This document shows, piece after piece, positions 43,995 to 52,593 of a DNA stretch of 64,000 nt. The stretch is taken from contig OZ255836.1 in the NCBI GenBank assembly GCA_965277715.1, positions 1,952,001 to 2,016,000 on the forward strand. The letters are read 5' to 3'. The stretch is from Gammaproteobacteria bacterium (lineage in GTDB: Bacteria > Pseudomonadota > Gammaproteobacteria > JBCCGL01). The notes under the pieces were generated by a model. It was not told where the DNA came from, ran no database searches, and saw only the letters and a program-made list of their open reading frames with translations. Each line of letters starts with the position of its first letter. Position 1 is the stretch's first letter. A program made the translations under genes and the position numbers.

Positions 43995-44762
43995 ATGAAG
44001 CTGCTGTACGATTTTTTCCCTATCATTCTGTTTTTTATCGCCTTCAAGTGGAAAGGCATTTTCGTTGCGACGATTGTCGCTATCGTCGCCTCTATTGCGC
44101 AGTTGGGGCTGTACTGGCTAAAACATCGCCGTGTTGAAAAGATGCACCTGGTTTCCGCTGTGCTGATCATCTCGCTCGGTAGCCTCACTATTATCCTGCA
44201 GGATAAAGCATTTATTATGTGGAAACCCACGTTGATTAACTGGTTATTCGCACTCGTGTTTATGGGGAGTTTATTTATTGGTCAAAAGCCCTTGATCCAG
44301 CACATGTTAGGCGGGCAACTGAGCCTGCCAAACGCCGTCTGGAAAAACCTCAACTGGGCCTGGGTAGTGTTTTTTATATTCAGTGGCTGTGCCAATTTGT
44401 ATTTTGCGATGGATTATCTCGATAGCGAAACCGCCCTGCGCACTGCAGTGCCGACAATCGCTGACACCGACCTGGAAAACTTTGATTGCACCGCTGCACT
44501 CTACCAACCGGACAATCAGGCATTGTGCGAATCGACAGCCGACAAAGAGGCATTCTGGGTCAACTTTAAGTTGTTCGGCTTGCTTGGGCTTACAGTTATT
44601 TTTATCATCGCGCAATCGCTGTATATGTCACGCTACATGAAAACCGGGGATGATCCAGCCGTCGATGACCCAGCCGTCGACGATCAAGTCAATAACAACC
44701 TGGGCAACACCAACGCCGCCGATCAATCTGACGATGGCACCGGGCCAAATACCAAACCATAG
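43995..44762 (+). CDS. yciB: Inner-membrane protein YciB (IspZ) with insertion and acidic tail
   Basis: [26 protein letters not shown]; upstream of yciI. Confidence 0.93.
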   Translation: MKLLYDFFPIILFFIAFKWKGIFVATIVAIVASIAQLGLYWLKHRRVEKMHLVSAVLIISLGSLTIILQDKAFIMWKPTLINWLFALVFMGSLFIGQKPLIQHMLGGQLSLPNAVWKNLNWAWVVFFIFSGCANLYFAMDYLDSETALRTAVPTIADTDLENFDCTAALYQPDNQALCESTADKEAFWVNFKLFGLLGLTVIFIIAQSLYMSRYMKTGDDPAVDDPAVDDQVNNNLGNTNAADQSDDGTGPNTKP

Positions 44763-44773
44763 GAACGAAAACA

Positions 44774-45076
44774 ATGCTCTATACCTTTGTCTGCCAGGAT
44801 GTCGAAAACAGCCTGGAAAAACGCTTAAGTGTCCGCCCGGCACACATCGCACGCCTGCTCGCACTACAGGAACAGGGCCGTTTGATCGCCGCAGGCCCCA
44901 ACCCCACTATCGACAGTGACGACCCTGGATCGGCCGGTTTTAGTGGCAGTGTTATCATCGCTGAATTTGATTCGCTGCAGGCGGCACAATCCTGGGCCGA
45001 CGAAGATCCCTATATCGAAGCCGGGGTTTATCACAGCGTCACCGTCAAGCCCTTTAAAATGGTATTGCCCAGCTAA
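44774..45076 (+). CDS. yciI: YciI family protein
   Basis: [20 protein letters not shown]. Confidence 0.93.
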   Translation: MLYTFVCQDVENSLEKRLSVRPAHIARLLALQEQGRLIAAGPNPTIDSDDPGSAGFSGSVIIAEFDSLQAAQSWADEDPYIEAGVYHSVTVKPFKMVLPS

Positions 45077-45078
45077 CC

Positions 45079-45918
45079 ATGAAAAAGTGGCAATACGCTA
45101 TAACAGCAGGACTGACCTGCCTGGTGATGGGGTGCGGTGACCGATCAGATCAACCTGATGACCAACGTGATAATAAGGTCGATACAACGCCAGTAACGCC
45201 GGATGAAGCCAATACCCTCGCCCTGGTGGACGGCGTCCCTATCAGTATTGCCGAGCGCACGCTGCACCTGCAGCAACGCCAGCAACAATCACAAACCACC
45301 GACCTCAACGAAATCACCGAAGAACTGATTAACCTAAAAGTGATTGTACTCAACGCCGAAAAAGAGGGCTTGCATCAACGCGAGGATGTCAAGGCAGAAT
45401 TACAACGCCAGCGTAACGCAGTGCTCGCGAATGTATACATTAAAGAAAAAATGCAGGGCATTGAAATCAGCGACGAAGCGCTGACCACCGAGTATGCAAA
45501 ACAGCTCACTCAAATTCCCTCCAAAGAATATAACGCCAGCCACATACTGCTGGAGAATGAAGCGGAGGCGCTGGCCGTCATTGACCGGCTCGATGGCGGT
45601 GAGGCATTTGCCCTGCTGGCCAGTGAAGTATCAAAAGGCCCCAGTGCCAAAGAGGGCGGTAGTCTGGGCTGGTTTAGACTTGAGTCAATGGTCGATAGTT
45701 TTGCCGATGCACTGGCTCTACTTAAAAAAGAGGAATACACCCGGCAAGCTGTCAAAACTGAATTTGGCTGGCATGTCATTCGACTCAACGACACCCGCCC
45801 GATCGAACGCCCCACATTGGAACAGGTAAAAGACGAAGTGCGCACAATAGTGATGAACAAGCGACTGAATGACCTCGTGCAGGCGCTGCGCGCAAAATCG
45901 ACGATCGAAATCCGTTAG
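45079..45918 (+). CDS. PpiC/parvulin-type peptidyl-prolyl isomerase lipoprotein
   Basis: Lipobox VMGC, ASHILL, GGSLGWF, TEFGWHVI. Confidence 0.9.
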   Translation: MKKWQYAITAGLTCLVMGCGDRSDQPDDQRDNKVDTTPVTPDEANTLALVDGVPISIAERTLHLQQRQQQSQTTDLNEITEELINLKVIVLNAEKEGLHQREDVKAELQRQRNAVLANVYIKEKMQGIEISDEALTTEYAKQLTQIPSKEYNASHILLENEAEALAVIDRLDGGEAFALLASEVSKGPSAKEGGSLGWFRLESMVDSFADALALLKKEEYTRQAVKTEFGWHVIRLNDTRPIERPTLEQVKDEVRTIVMNKRLNDLVQALRAKSTIEIR

Positions 45919-45935
45919 CAAGGTAGGCGGCGTTC

Positions 45936-46451
45936 TCAGGCTTGTATAGGTGTAGCCGCCAATAAAAATCGCCATATTGGTAAGACGCTAATAACGCCAG
46001 CGCCCGTTTCAATCCGGTCCTTTTCCTCGCGCGTTACGATAAGACCCTCTGTAATACCCTGCTCAGCCATAGCTTCTTCAAGTGCCTTTACTTCGCGCTT
46101 CAGGGTTTGGGGAGCGACTAATGTTTCACTGACCTGTATCAGCTTTTTGCTACGATCAGCTTGCATCACAATAAAATCAACCTCTCGACCACTTTTGGTT
46201 CTGTAGTAATGAACCTCTCTATAATTTTGGCGCAATGCAACGAATACTATATTTTCCAGCAGATGACCGAGATTGACGAGAATCCCAGAAGACACGGAAG
46301 TGATCAATGCATGGTCTATGCAGTAGATTTTTTTGGGATTTGCGTTCCTACGCGAAACCGATGGATCGTAAATGTATGCGGTAAAAAAAATAGGCGTCTT
46401 CAAACCATTTAACTACCTATCGAGAATTATGCGCTTAATTGTCTCTAACAT
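45936..46451 (-). pseudogene. Internally deleted AAA+ ATPase (DUF4143-type) remnant
   Basis: ATG 46451 gives MLETIKRIILDR*. This is followed by WFEDAYFF, a frameshift in a T8 run, then NPKKIYCID..LENIV..YYRTKSGREVDF..IQV..RE..AL. No Walker A/B remains. Confidence 0.8.
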
Positions 46452-46538
46452 ATTATTTACGACCGTGGTTGCAGCAATAAACCAGGAAAAGATTAAAAGT
46501 GCACTTTAACAGCACCTACAGACTTTATTACAACTAAA

Positions 46539-46593
46539 ATTGGCTTTTTAAAAGACCAATTTAACAAAAAAACTGGTCTTTTAAAAAGCCAAT
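46539..46593. promoter_or_regulatory. 20-bp perfect inverted repeat, candidate operator of the ATPase remnant
   Basis: ATTGGCTTTTTAAAAGACCA (46539-46558) and TGGTCTTTTAAAAAGCCAAT (46574-46593); each half is itself a near-palindrome. Confidence 0.6.
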
Positions 46594-46785
46594 AACAAGA
46601 TATTTATCGATCCCAATAGAAAAAAGAATACAACAAGAAGCGGGCTGCATACCTCATTGGTATTTTGCTGAGTGCATATAAACAGACAACACACCGGAGA
46701 CACAATCTAATGCCACCAACCATCAGCATCAGCCTACCTTCCACAGAAACAGTTGGCGTACTACGATATTAACTTGCTGTTGAAC

Positions 46786-48021
46786 CTATGCCACAGAGGG
46801 CAACTTCAAACCAATCATCAAATCCATCACATTAGTGCCCGTCGGCCCGGTACACAACAGATCACCCGCCGCCTGTAAAAAACGCCCCGAATCGGCTTCA
46901 TCTAGCGCAGCCCGCCAATCGCCACCACACGCTAAGCCACGCGACAGAGTACCACCATCAACAATGCCCCCGGCATCCCCGGTAGGGCCATCACTGCCGT
47001 CCGTCCCCGCACATAACAGATAACAACCCGTACTGCCATGCAACACACTGGCCGCCGCCAGCGCCAAATGCTGGTTGCGTCCGCCCCTGCCGGGGTTTAC
47101 AGGCAACACCATAGTAGATTCACCACCCCATATATAAACCCCCGGTGCCGCCTGTTTTAGTAACGCCCCCAACTCACACCCCGCTGTAGTCGCATCACCC
47201 CGGATAAAATTACTGTCCACAGTGACCGCATACCCGGCAGCCTGCGCCGCCTCTGCCACCGCCTGCCTAGCGTGAGCCAACGAGGCAACAATATGACTAT
47301 CAATCTGCCGCCACACAGTACTATCAACCATCTGTACCGCATCAGCCTGAACGTAGTGGGCCAGTTGTTCAGGCACATTGGCCAACCCCGTGGCTGGCTC
47401 TGCACACAATAGACCCGAGCCAATATCTGCAATATGGTCACCGGGAACATCTGAAATCAATAAACAATGCACTTTGCGTGCACCGATATACCTGGCGAGA
47501 CGCCCCCCCTTGATACAGGACACCGATTTACGCACCCGGTTCATGTCCGCAATATCCAAACCACCGGCGAGCAATGCTTTATTGAGCACCTGCAAATCAT
47601 CCAGTGTCATCCCCGTCGGCAATACGTCCACCAGACTGGAGGTGCCGCCGGAAATCAACACCAACAACTGTGCATCCGCAGGCGTTGCCGCAATAAACGC
47701 CAACAGGCGTTGGCCTGCATAGAGACTATCGCCCCCTGGCACAGGGTGTGATGACTCAATAATTTCAATCGGTGTATCGTGCCCGCGCAACGCGGCGTCG
47801 ACATGCCCGTGTTTGGTGATCAGCAACGCCTGCACAACCTGCCCCGGCAGGCAACATAAAGCACCGTGCAACATAGCAGAGGCCGCTTTGCCAACGGCGA
47901 TAACGTAGCAATTGCCCACCAGGGGTGAACGGGTAAGGTGCTGTGCCACCGCATTATCCCCAGCCACGGCACTGACTCCCGCGTTAAAAAAATCCACTAG
48001 CTGTGTTCGATGGATTGGCAT
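46786..48021 (-). CDS. Glycerate 2-kinase (MOFRL/TtuD family)
   Basis: GKAA, SHPVP, ISGGTS, ISDVPGD, GGE, GRGGRNQ, GTDGSDG, TGTNVMD. Confidence 0.92.
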   Translation of the reverse strand: MPIHRTQLVDFFNAGVSAVAGDNAVAQHLTRSPLVGNCYVIAVGKAASAMLHGALCCLPGQVVQALLITKHGHVDAALRGHDTPIEIIESSHPVPGGDSLYAGQRLLAFIAATPADAQLLVLISGGTSSLVDVLPTGMTLDDLQVLNKALLAGGLDIADMNRVRKSVSCIKGGRLARYIGARKVHCLLISDVPGDHIADIGSGLLCAEPATGLANVPEQLAHYVQADAVQMVDSTVWRQIDSHIVASLAHARQAVAEAAQAAGYAVTVDSNFIRGDATTAGCELGALLKQAAPGVYIWGGESTMVLPVNPGRGGRNQHLALAAASVLHGSTGCYLLCAGTDGSDGPTGDAGGIVDGGTLSRGLACGGDWRAALDEADSGRFLQAAGDLLCTGPTGTNVMDLMIGLKLPSVA

Positions 48022-48022
48022 A

Positions 48023-49216
48023 TCACCCATCCTGCGTTTGCAAACTACGCGATAAATCACGCTTTATATCATCGACATTTTCCAACCCAACCGACAGGCG
48101 GATCAAACCCTGACGTATACCCGCCGCATCACGCTCGGCATCACTCAAACGCCCATGTGTGGTGGTAGCCGGGTGGGTAATTGTGGTTTTGGTATCGCCC
48201 AGATTCGCCGTAATTGAAATCATTTGCGTACCATCGATCACCCGCCAGGCTGCCTGCCGCCCACCGTCGACTTCAAATGACACCACACCGCCAAAACCAC
48301 TCTGTTGTCGACAAGCCAAAGCGTGTTGGGGGTGATCACACAATCCAGGATAGTAAACGCGGCGCACAGCCGGTTGGCACTGTAACCACTCGGCAATAAG
48401 TTGTGCATTTTCACAGTGCGCACGCATACGCACGTGCAGGGTTTCCAGTCCCTTCAAAAACACCCAGGCATTGAACGGGCTCATACTGCCACCCCCTGTA
48501 CGCAAAAAACCGAATATCTTTTCACCGACTGTTTCGGCATCACCTATGACCGCGCCACCCACACAGCGCCCCTGGCCATCGATATATTTGGTTGCCGAAT
48601 GAATCACAATATCTGCCCCCAATGCCAATGGCTTTTGCAACACCGGAGTACAGAAACAATTATCCACAACCAATAGCGTACCCGCAGCATGAGCGATATC
48701 TGCCAGTGCACGAATATCGACCAGTTCGGTCAGTGGGTTGGTGGGGGTTTCCAGCAGCAGCAGACGTGTATTGGGTTTAATCTTATGTTGCCAGGCGGAC
48801 AGGTCACCGAGTGGCACAAAATCCACCGACACGCCAAAGGGTTTGATGTATTTGTTCAGCAGTGTAGTGGTCGTGCCAAACATACCCCCGGCGGCAATAA
48901 TATGATCCCCCTGTGACAGCAGCGCCATACAGGTGGCGGTAATCGCCGCCATCCCTGAAGCGGTGGCCACACAAGCCTCCCCACCTTCCATCGCAGCCAA
49001 ACGCTGTTGAAAAATATCCACTGTCGGGTTGGTAAAACGCGAATAAATATTACCTGCCTGCTCGCCACTAAAACGCGCAGCGGCCTGCGCCGCATTGTCA
49101 AAGACAAAGCTGGAGGTGGCGAAGAGGGGTTCGCTGTGCTCGCCCTGTGGTGTGCGTTGATGGCCTACACGAATAGCCAGGGTTTCTGCTGATAATGACT
49201 GCGATGGAGTTTGCAT
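48023..49216 (-). CDS. metZ: O-succinylhomoserine sulfhydrylase
   Basis: YSRFTNPT, HSATKYIDGQGR, NLGDTKT, THGRL. Confidence 0.95.
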   Translation of the reverse strand: MQTPSQSLSAETLAIRVGHQRTPQGEHSEPLFATSSFVFDNAAQAAARFSGEQAGNIYSRFTNPTVDIFQQRLAAMEGGEACVATASGMAAITATCMALLSQGDHIIAAGGMFGTTTTLLNKYIKPFGVSVDFVPLGDLSAWQHKIKPNTRLLLLETPTNPLTELVDIRALADIAHAAGTLLVVDNCFCTPVLQKPLALGADIVIHSATKYIDGQGRCVGGAVIGDAETVGEKIFGFLRTGGGSMSPFNAWVFLKGLETLHVRMRAHCENAQLIAEWLQCQPAVRRVYYPGLCDHPQHALACRQQSGFGGVVSFEVDGGRQAAWRVIDGTQMISITANLGDTKTTITHPATTTHGRLSDAERDAAGIRQGLIRLSVGLENVDDIKRDLSRSLQTQDG

Positions 49217-49252
49217 AGTGATCGATTCCCGCAAAAATTATAAAGGCGGGCA

Positions 49253-49285
49253 ATAAAAAAGCCCACGTGATTCCAGCGCGGGCTT
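49253..49285 (-). terminator. Intrinsic terminator in the metZ leader
   Basis: Minus strand AAGCCCGCG-loop-CGTGGGCTT followed by TTTTATT. Confidence 0.7.
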
Positions 49286-49287
49286 AT

Positions 49288-49343
49288 CGCTCGCTTTAGC
49301 AGTATTTTTTACGCGCCCGCAAGCTGGTTGTTCAAATCGGCGC
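49288..49343 (-). ncRNA. SAM-II riboswitch aptamer
   Basis: GCGCC-GATTT-GAACAACCA-GCTTGC-G-GGCGC-GTAAAAAATACT-GCTAAA-GCGAGC: P1 GCGCC/GGCGC, pseudoknot GCTTGC/GCGAGC, conserved GAUUU and GCUAAA; upstream of metZ. Confidence 0.88.
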
Positions 49344-49449
49344 AGTGGTTATGCTATTAGTACACCCGTGCTGTGTCAATAAAAGACTGCCCCGCTATAC
49401 CCCGCTTTCCAGGCACTGTCAGTCGACACCGGAAACATAATTTGAAAGG

Positions 49450-49470
49450 GATTCAACTGCGGTTTTTAAG
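49450..49470. repeat. Solo degenerate end of the 2697-2871 MITE family
   Basis: GATTCAACTGCGGTTTTTAAG versus GATTCAACTGCGGAATTTAGG, 18/21 identity. Confidence 0.65.
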
Positions 49471-49507
49471 TTTAATCCTTGTTAAACTATCGCCATCACA
49501 CTACTGA

Positions 49508-50410
49508 ATGTTTTACATGCATCGCTCGATAAACTGTTTTCTTTACGTGCTGGTATTCGCCAGTAGCGTTAGCCTATCCCTGCCCGCACGGTCCAATAGT
49601 GATTCTCTACAACTTGGCCTCACCGAAGCCATCCAGCTCGCAGTGGCAGACAAACATGACGATGCACGCGATTTGCTCAAAAAGATCAGCACACAGTACC
49701 CCGACTCCCCTGAGGCCTACAATAACCTCGCCGTATTGGCAGCCTATAGTGAGGATTGGAAGAGCGCCGTCTCCCTGCTGGAAAAGGCCTTGGCGACGAA
49801 TAGGAACCTGCAAACCAGCTACCAGAATCTAAACCGGATATACCGTTACCAGGCTGCACTGGCATACCGTGCAGCACTGCCAGATGCAGAGGCAAAACCA
49901 CTGGCACTACCGGGCCTGATTATGTTGACCACGCCCCCACCATCCACGGTACAGGAAGATGAAGAACCTGTCTTTAACTGGGAGAGCGCGGCGACCAGAC
50001 TAGAGCCGGAGCCAGAACCTAAACCAGAGCCAACACCCGCGAAACCCGTTGCAATTGATATCGAAGCCACCTCCCGCGATATAAGCGACGCCCTGCAGAA
50101 ATGGGCTGCTGCCTGGTCGGCACAAAACGTCGATTCCTATCTATCGAGTTATATAGACAATTATATACCCGACGGTGGTGACGATCATCAGCATTGGCGA
50201 CAACTGCGGCGCAAGCGATTACTGGCACCTGCTTTTATTAACGTTTCAATCTCTAATACCTCCATTGAAGTATTGTCACCACAAAGCGCTATGATTATTT
50301 TCACTCAACACTACCGATCTACAACATTGAATGATTCCGTGAGAAAGTTAATGGTTATGCAACATACTGACAACGGCTGGTCGATCAGCCGTGAGCACAT
50401 AGTGCGATGA
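49508..50410 (+). CDS. Secreted TPR protein with C-terminal NTF2-like domain
   Basis: Signal peptide, YPDSPEAYNNLAVL TPR, Pro/Glu linker, WAAAWSAQNVDSYLSSY...FTQHYRS...W.I.RE. Confidence 0.8.
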   Translation: MFYMHRSINCFLYVLVFASSVSLSLPARSNSDSLQLGLTEAIQLAVADKHDDARDLLKKISTQYPDSPEAYNNLAVLAAYSEDWKSAVSLLEKALATNRNLQTSYQNLNRIYRYQAALAYRAALPDAEAKPLALPGLIMLTTPPPSTVQEDEEPVFNWESAATRLEPEPEPKPEPTPAKPVAIDIEATSRDISDALQKWAAAWSAQNVDSYLSSYIDNYIPDGGDDHQHWRQLRRKRLLAPAFINVSISNTSIEVLSPQSAMIIFTQHYRSTTLNDSVRKLMVMQHTDNGWSISREHIVR

Positions 50411-51597
50411 GTTGTCGGCCAATTACTTTCTACCTTCTGGCAATACTGGCTTTTTTCAACACCGGTTATGCTATCGCTGACATTCAATGGAGCGGATCAG
50501 AGTTTGCCGAACAACAACTGATTGAAGTCATTGATGCCATAGAACACGGTGCCGACGACAAGGCCTACCAACTCGCCGCTGAGCTAACGGCGTCTTACCC
50601 CACCTTCCAACTCGCCCAGCTAATTTACGGCGATCTGCTATCCGCACGGGGCATGCGTCCAGTTTTGTTTAACGATCAACGCAAACGCGAGCTAAACAAA
50701 TTGCGTGAAGAAGCCCGCGCACGTTTGTCCCACGAACATCTGGTGGTCAACGATACTCTGGTTGCCAACAACCTCCTCATGTTGTCTGATGAATATCAGT
50801 ACGTGCTGGTATTCGAACTGGAAAAATCGCGTTTGTATCTATTCAAAAACCAACAGGGCACACCAAGGTTGGTTGACAATTACTACACGTCGATGGGTAA
50901 GGCCGGTATCGGTAAGCAAGTAGAGGGCGATAACAAAACCCCGCTGGGGGTATACCGCATAATCTCTTACCTGCCGGACAAAAAACTGCCCGAGCTCTAC
51001 GGTGCAGGTGCCTACCCGATAAACTACCCCAATAGCTGGGATCGACTACACGGCAAAACCGGCCACGGTATTTGGTTACACGGTGTACCGCGCAACACTT
51101 ACAGCCGCCCACCGCTGGACAGTGAAGGTTGTGTCGTGGTCAGCAATGTCAATCTGCAAAAGATTGGCAATAGAATCGACCTTGGGAAAACACCCGTAGT
51201 GTTGGCCCGCAATGTTCGCTGGGTCAGTCACACAGAAAACAAACAACTGCGCACCACGTTACAAAATCATTTTGAAGCCTGGCGCCAGGACTGGATGTCA
51301 TTGGATGTTGAAGCCTATCTGCAACATTACTCCGCTGATTTTTCCACATCTAAATACACGTTAAAAAGCTGGCAGACACACAAGCGAAAAATCGCTCCCG
51401 GAAAATCGTTTATCGAGGTAAAAACAACGCAGGAGGATATGTTTGTCTACCCGGATACAAATAACAAAAAACCATTGATAGTCATCCGTTTTGAGCAGCG
51501 TTACCGCAGCAATAATTTCAGCTCGGTGTCACACAAGCAACAATTCTGGCGGCAGGAAAACGACGGCCAGTGGCGCATTGTTTACGAGGGCGTGTAG
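50407..51597 (+). CDS. L,D-transpeptidase (YkuD) family protein with NTF2-like C-terminus, Csd6-like
   Basis: EGDNKTPLGVY, GIWLHG...SEGCVV catalytic His/Cys, W...W..LD...YL..YS. Confidence 0.88.
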   Translation: MSCRPITFYLLAILAFFNTGYAIADIQWSGSEFAEQQLIEVIDAIEHGADDKAYQLAAELTASYPTFQLAQLIYGDLLSARGMRPVLFNDQRKRELNKLREEARARLSHEHLVVNDTLVANNLLMLSDEYQYVLVFELEKSRLYLFKNQQGTPRLVDNYYTSMGKAGIGKQVEGDNKTPLGVYRIISYLPDKKLPELYGAGAYPINYPNSWDRLHGKTGHGIWLHGVPRNTYSRPPLDSEGCVVVSNVNLQKIGNRIDLGKTPVVLARNVRWVSHTENKQLRTTLQNHFEAWRQDWMSLDVEAYLQHYSADFSTSKYTLKSWQTHKRKIAPGKSFIEVKTTQEDMFVYPDTNNKKPLIVIRFEQRYRSNNFSSVSHKQQFWRQENDGQWRIVYEGV

Positions 51598-51647
51598 TAT
51601 AACGCTCAGATAACAAGCGGTTCCTCTTGGTCTGGTTTCCCACTGTG

Positions 51648-52577
51648 CTATGGCGTCGCGTCCACACCTTCCTTTTCAACCGGCATCAAATCCTGCTTGC
51701 TAATACCCAGCGCCAATACGGTAGTACTGGCCACATAAATTGAGGAATAGGTTCCCACCAGCACACCGATAATCAACGCCTGCGCAAAGCCACTGATCAC
51801 TGCACCGCCAAAAATAAACAACGACAACAATACTAACAAGGTGGTCAAGGAGGTAATAATCGTGCGCGACAGGGTCTGGTTAATCGAGATATTCATCACC
51901 TCAACCGGAGTGCCTTTACGCAGTTTGCGAAAGCTTTCACGAATGCGATCAAATACGACAATCGTATCGTTCAGGGAATAACCAATCACCGCGAGTATCG
52001 CCGCCAATACACTGAGGTCAAATTCAAACTGAAACAGAGCAAATACACCAACGGTAATCAATACATCGTGAACCAACGCGGCAACCGCCCCCAGCGAGAA
52101 CTTCTTTTCAAAACGCAGCCAGATGTAGATAACAATACCGATCAATGCATACAAAACAGCCAGCCCTCCCTGTTCGCGCAATTCATCACCCACCTGGGGG
52201 CCGACAAATTCCACCCGGCGCATACTGGTTTCGCTGTTTTCTGCCGATAGTACACCCAGTACTTTTTCACTGAGGTCGGCGCTGTTCACCCCTTCGCGTG
52301 GGGCAATCCGCACCAGCACATCGCTGGCTGTACCAAAGTGCTGCACAATCGCATCATCGAACTCACCCAGTGCCAGTGCCTCGCGAATCGGGGCCAGCTC
52401 AACCGCTTGTGGGTAGCCGACTTCGATGAGGTAACCACCGGTAAAATCCACACCCAGATTCAACCCACGGCTTGCAATTGCTGCAATCGATAACAACAGC
52501 AATAACGCCGAGACCACCACCGCTATTTTACGCTTGCCGATAATATCGAAACGCGCCTGTGTGACGTTCATTTTCAT
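51648..52577 (-). CDS. secF: Protein translocase subunit SecF
   Basis: GVDFTGG, FVGPQVG, GYSLNDTIVVFDRIRE, GTYSS. Confidence 0.97.
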   Translation of the reverse strand: MKMNVTQARFDIIGKRKIAVVVSALLLLLSIAAIASRGLNLGVDFTGGYLIEVGYPQAVELAPIREALALGEFDDAIVQHFGTASDVLVRIAPREGVNSADLSEKVLGVLSAENSETSMRRVEFVGPQVGDELREQGGLAVLYALIGIVIYIWLRFEKKFSLGAVAALVHDVLITVGVFALFQFEFDLSVLAAILAVIGYSLNDTIVVFDRIRESFRKLRKGTPVEVMNISINQTLSRTIITSLTTLLVLLSLFIFGGAVISGFAQALIIGVLVGTYSSIYVASTTVLALGISKQDLMPVEKEGVDATP

Positions 52578-52593
52578 TGGTGTTCCCAAAAAG

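Noticed and set aside
5159-46756. Shared 12-mer AGAAACAGTTGG at about 5159 and 46745
   Set aside because: Repeated 12-mers are expected by chance in 64 kb, and flanking similarity is weak.
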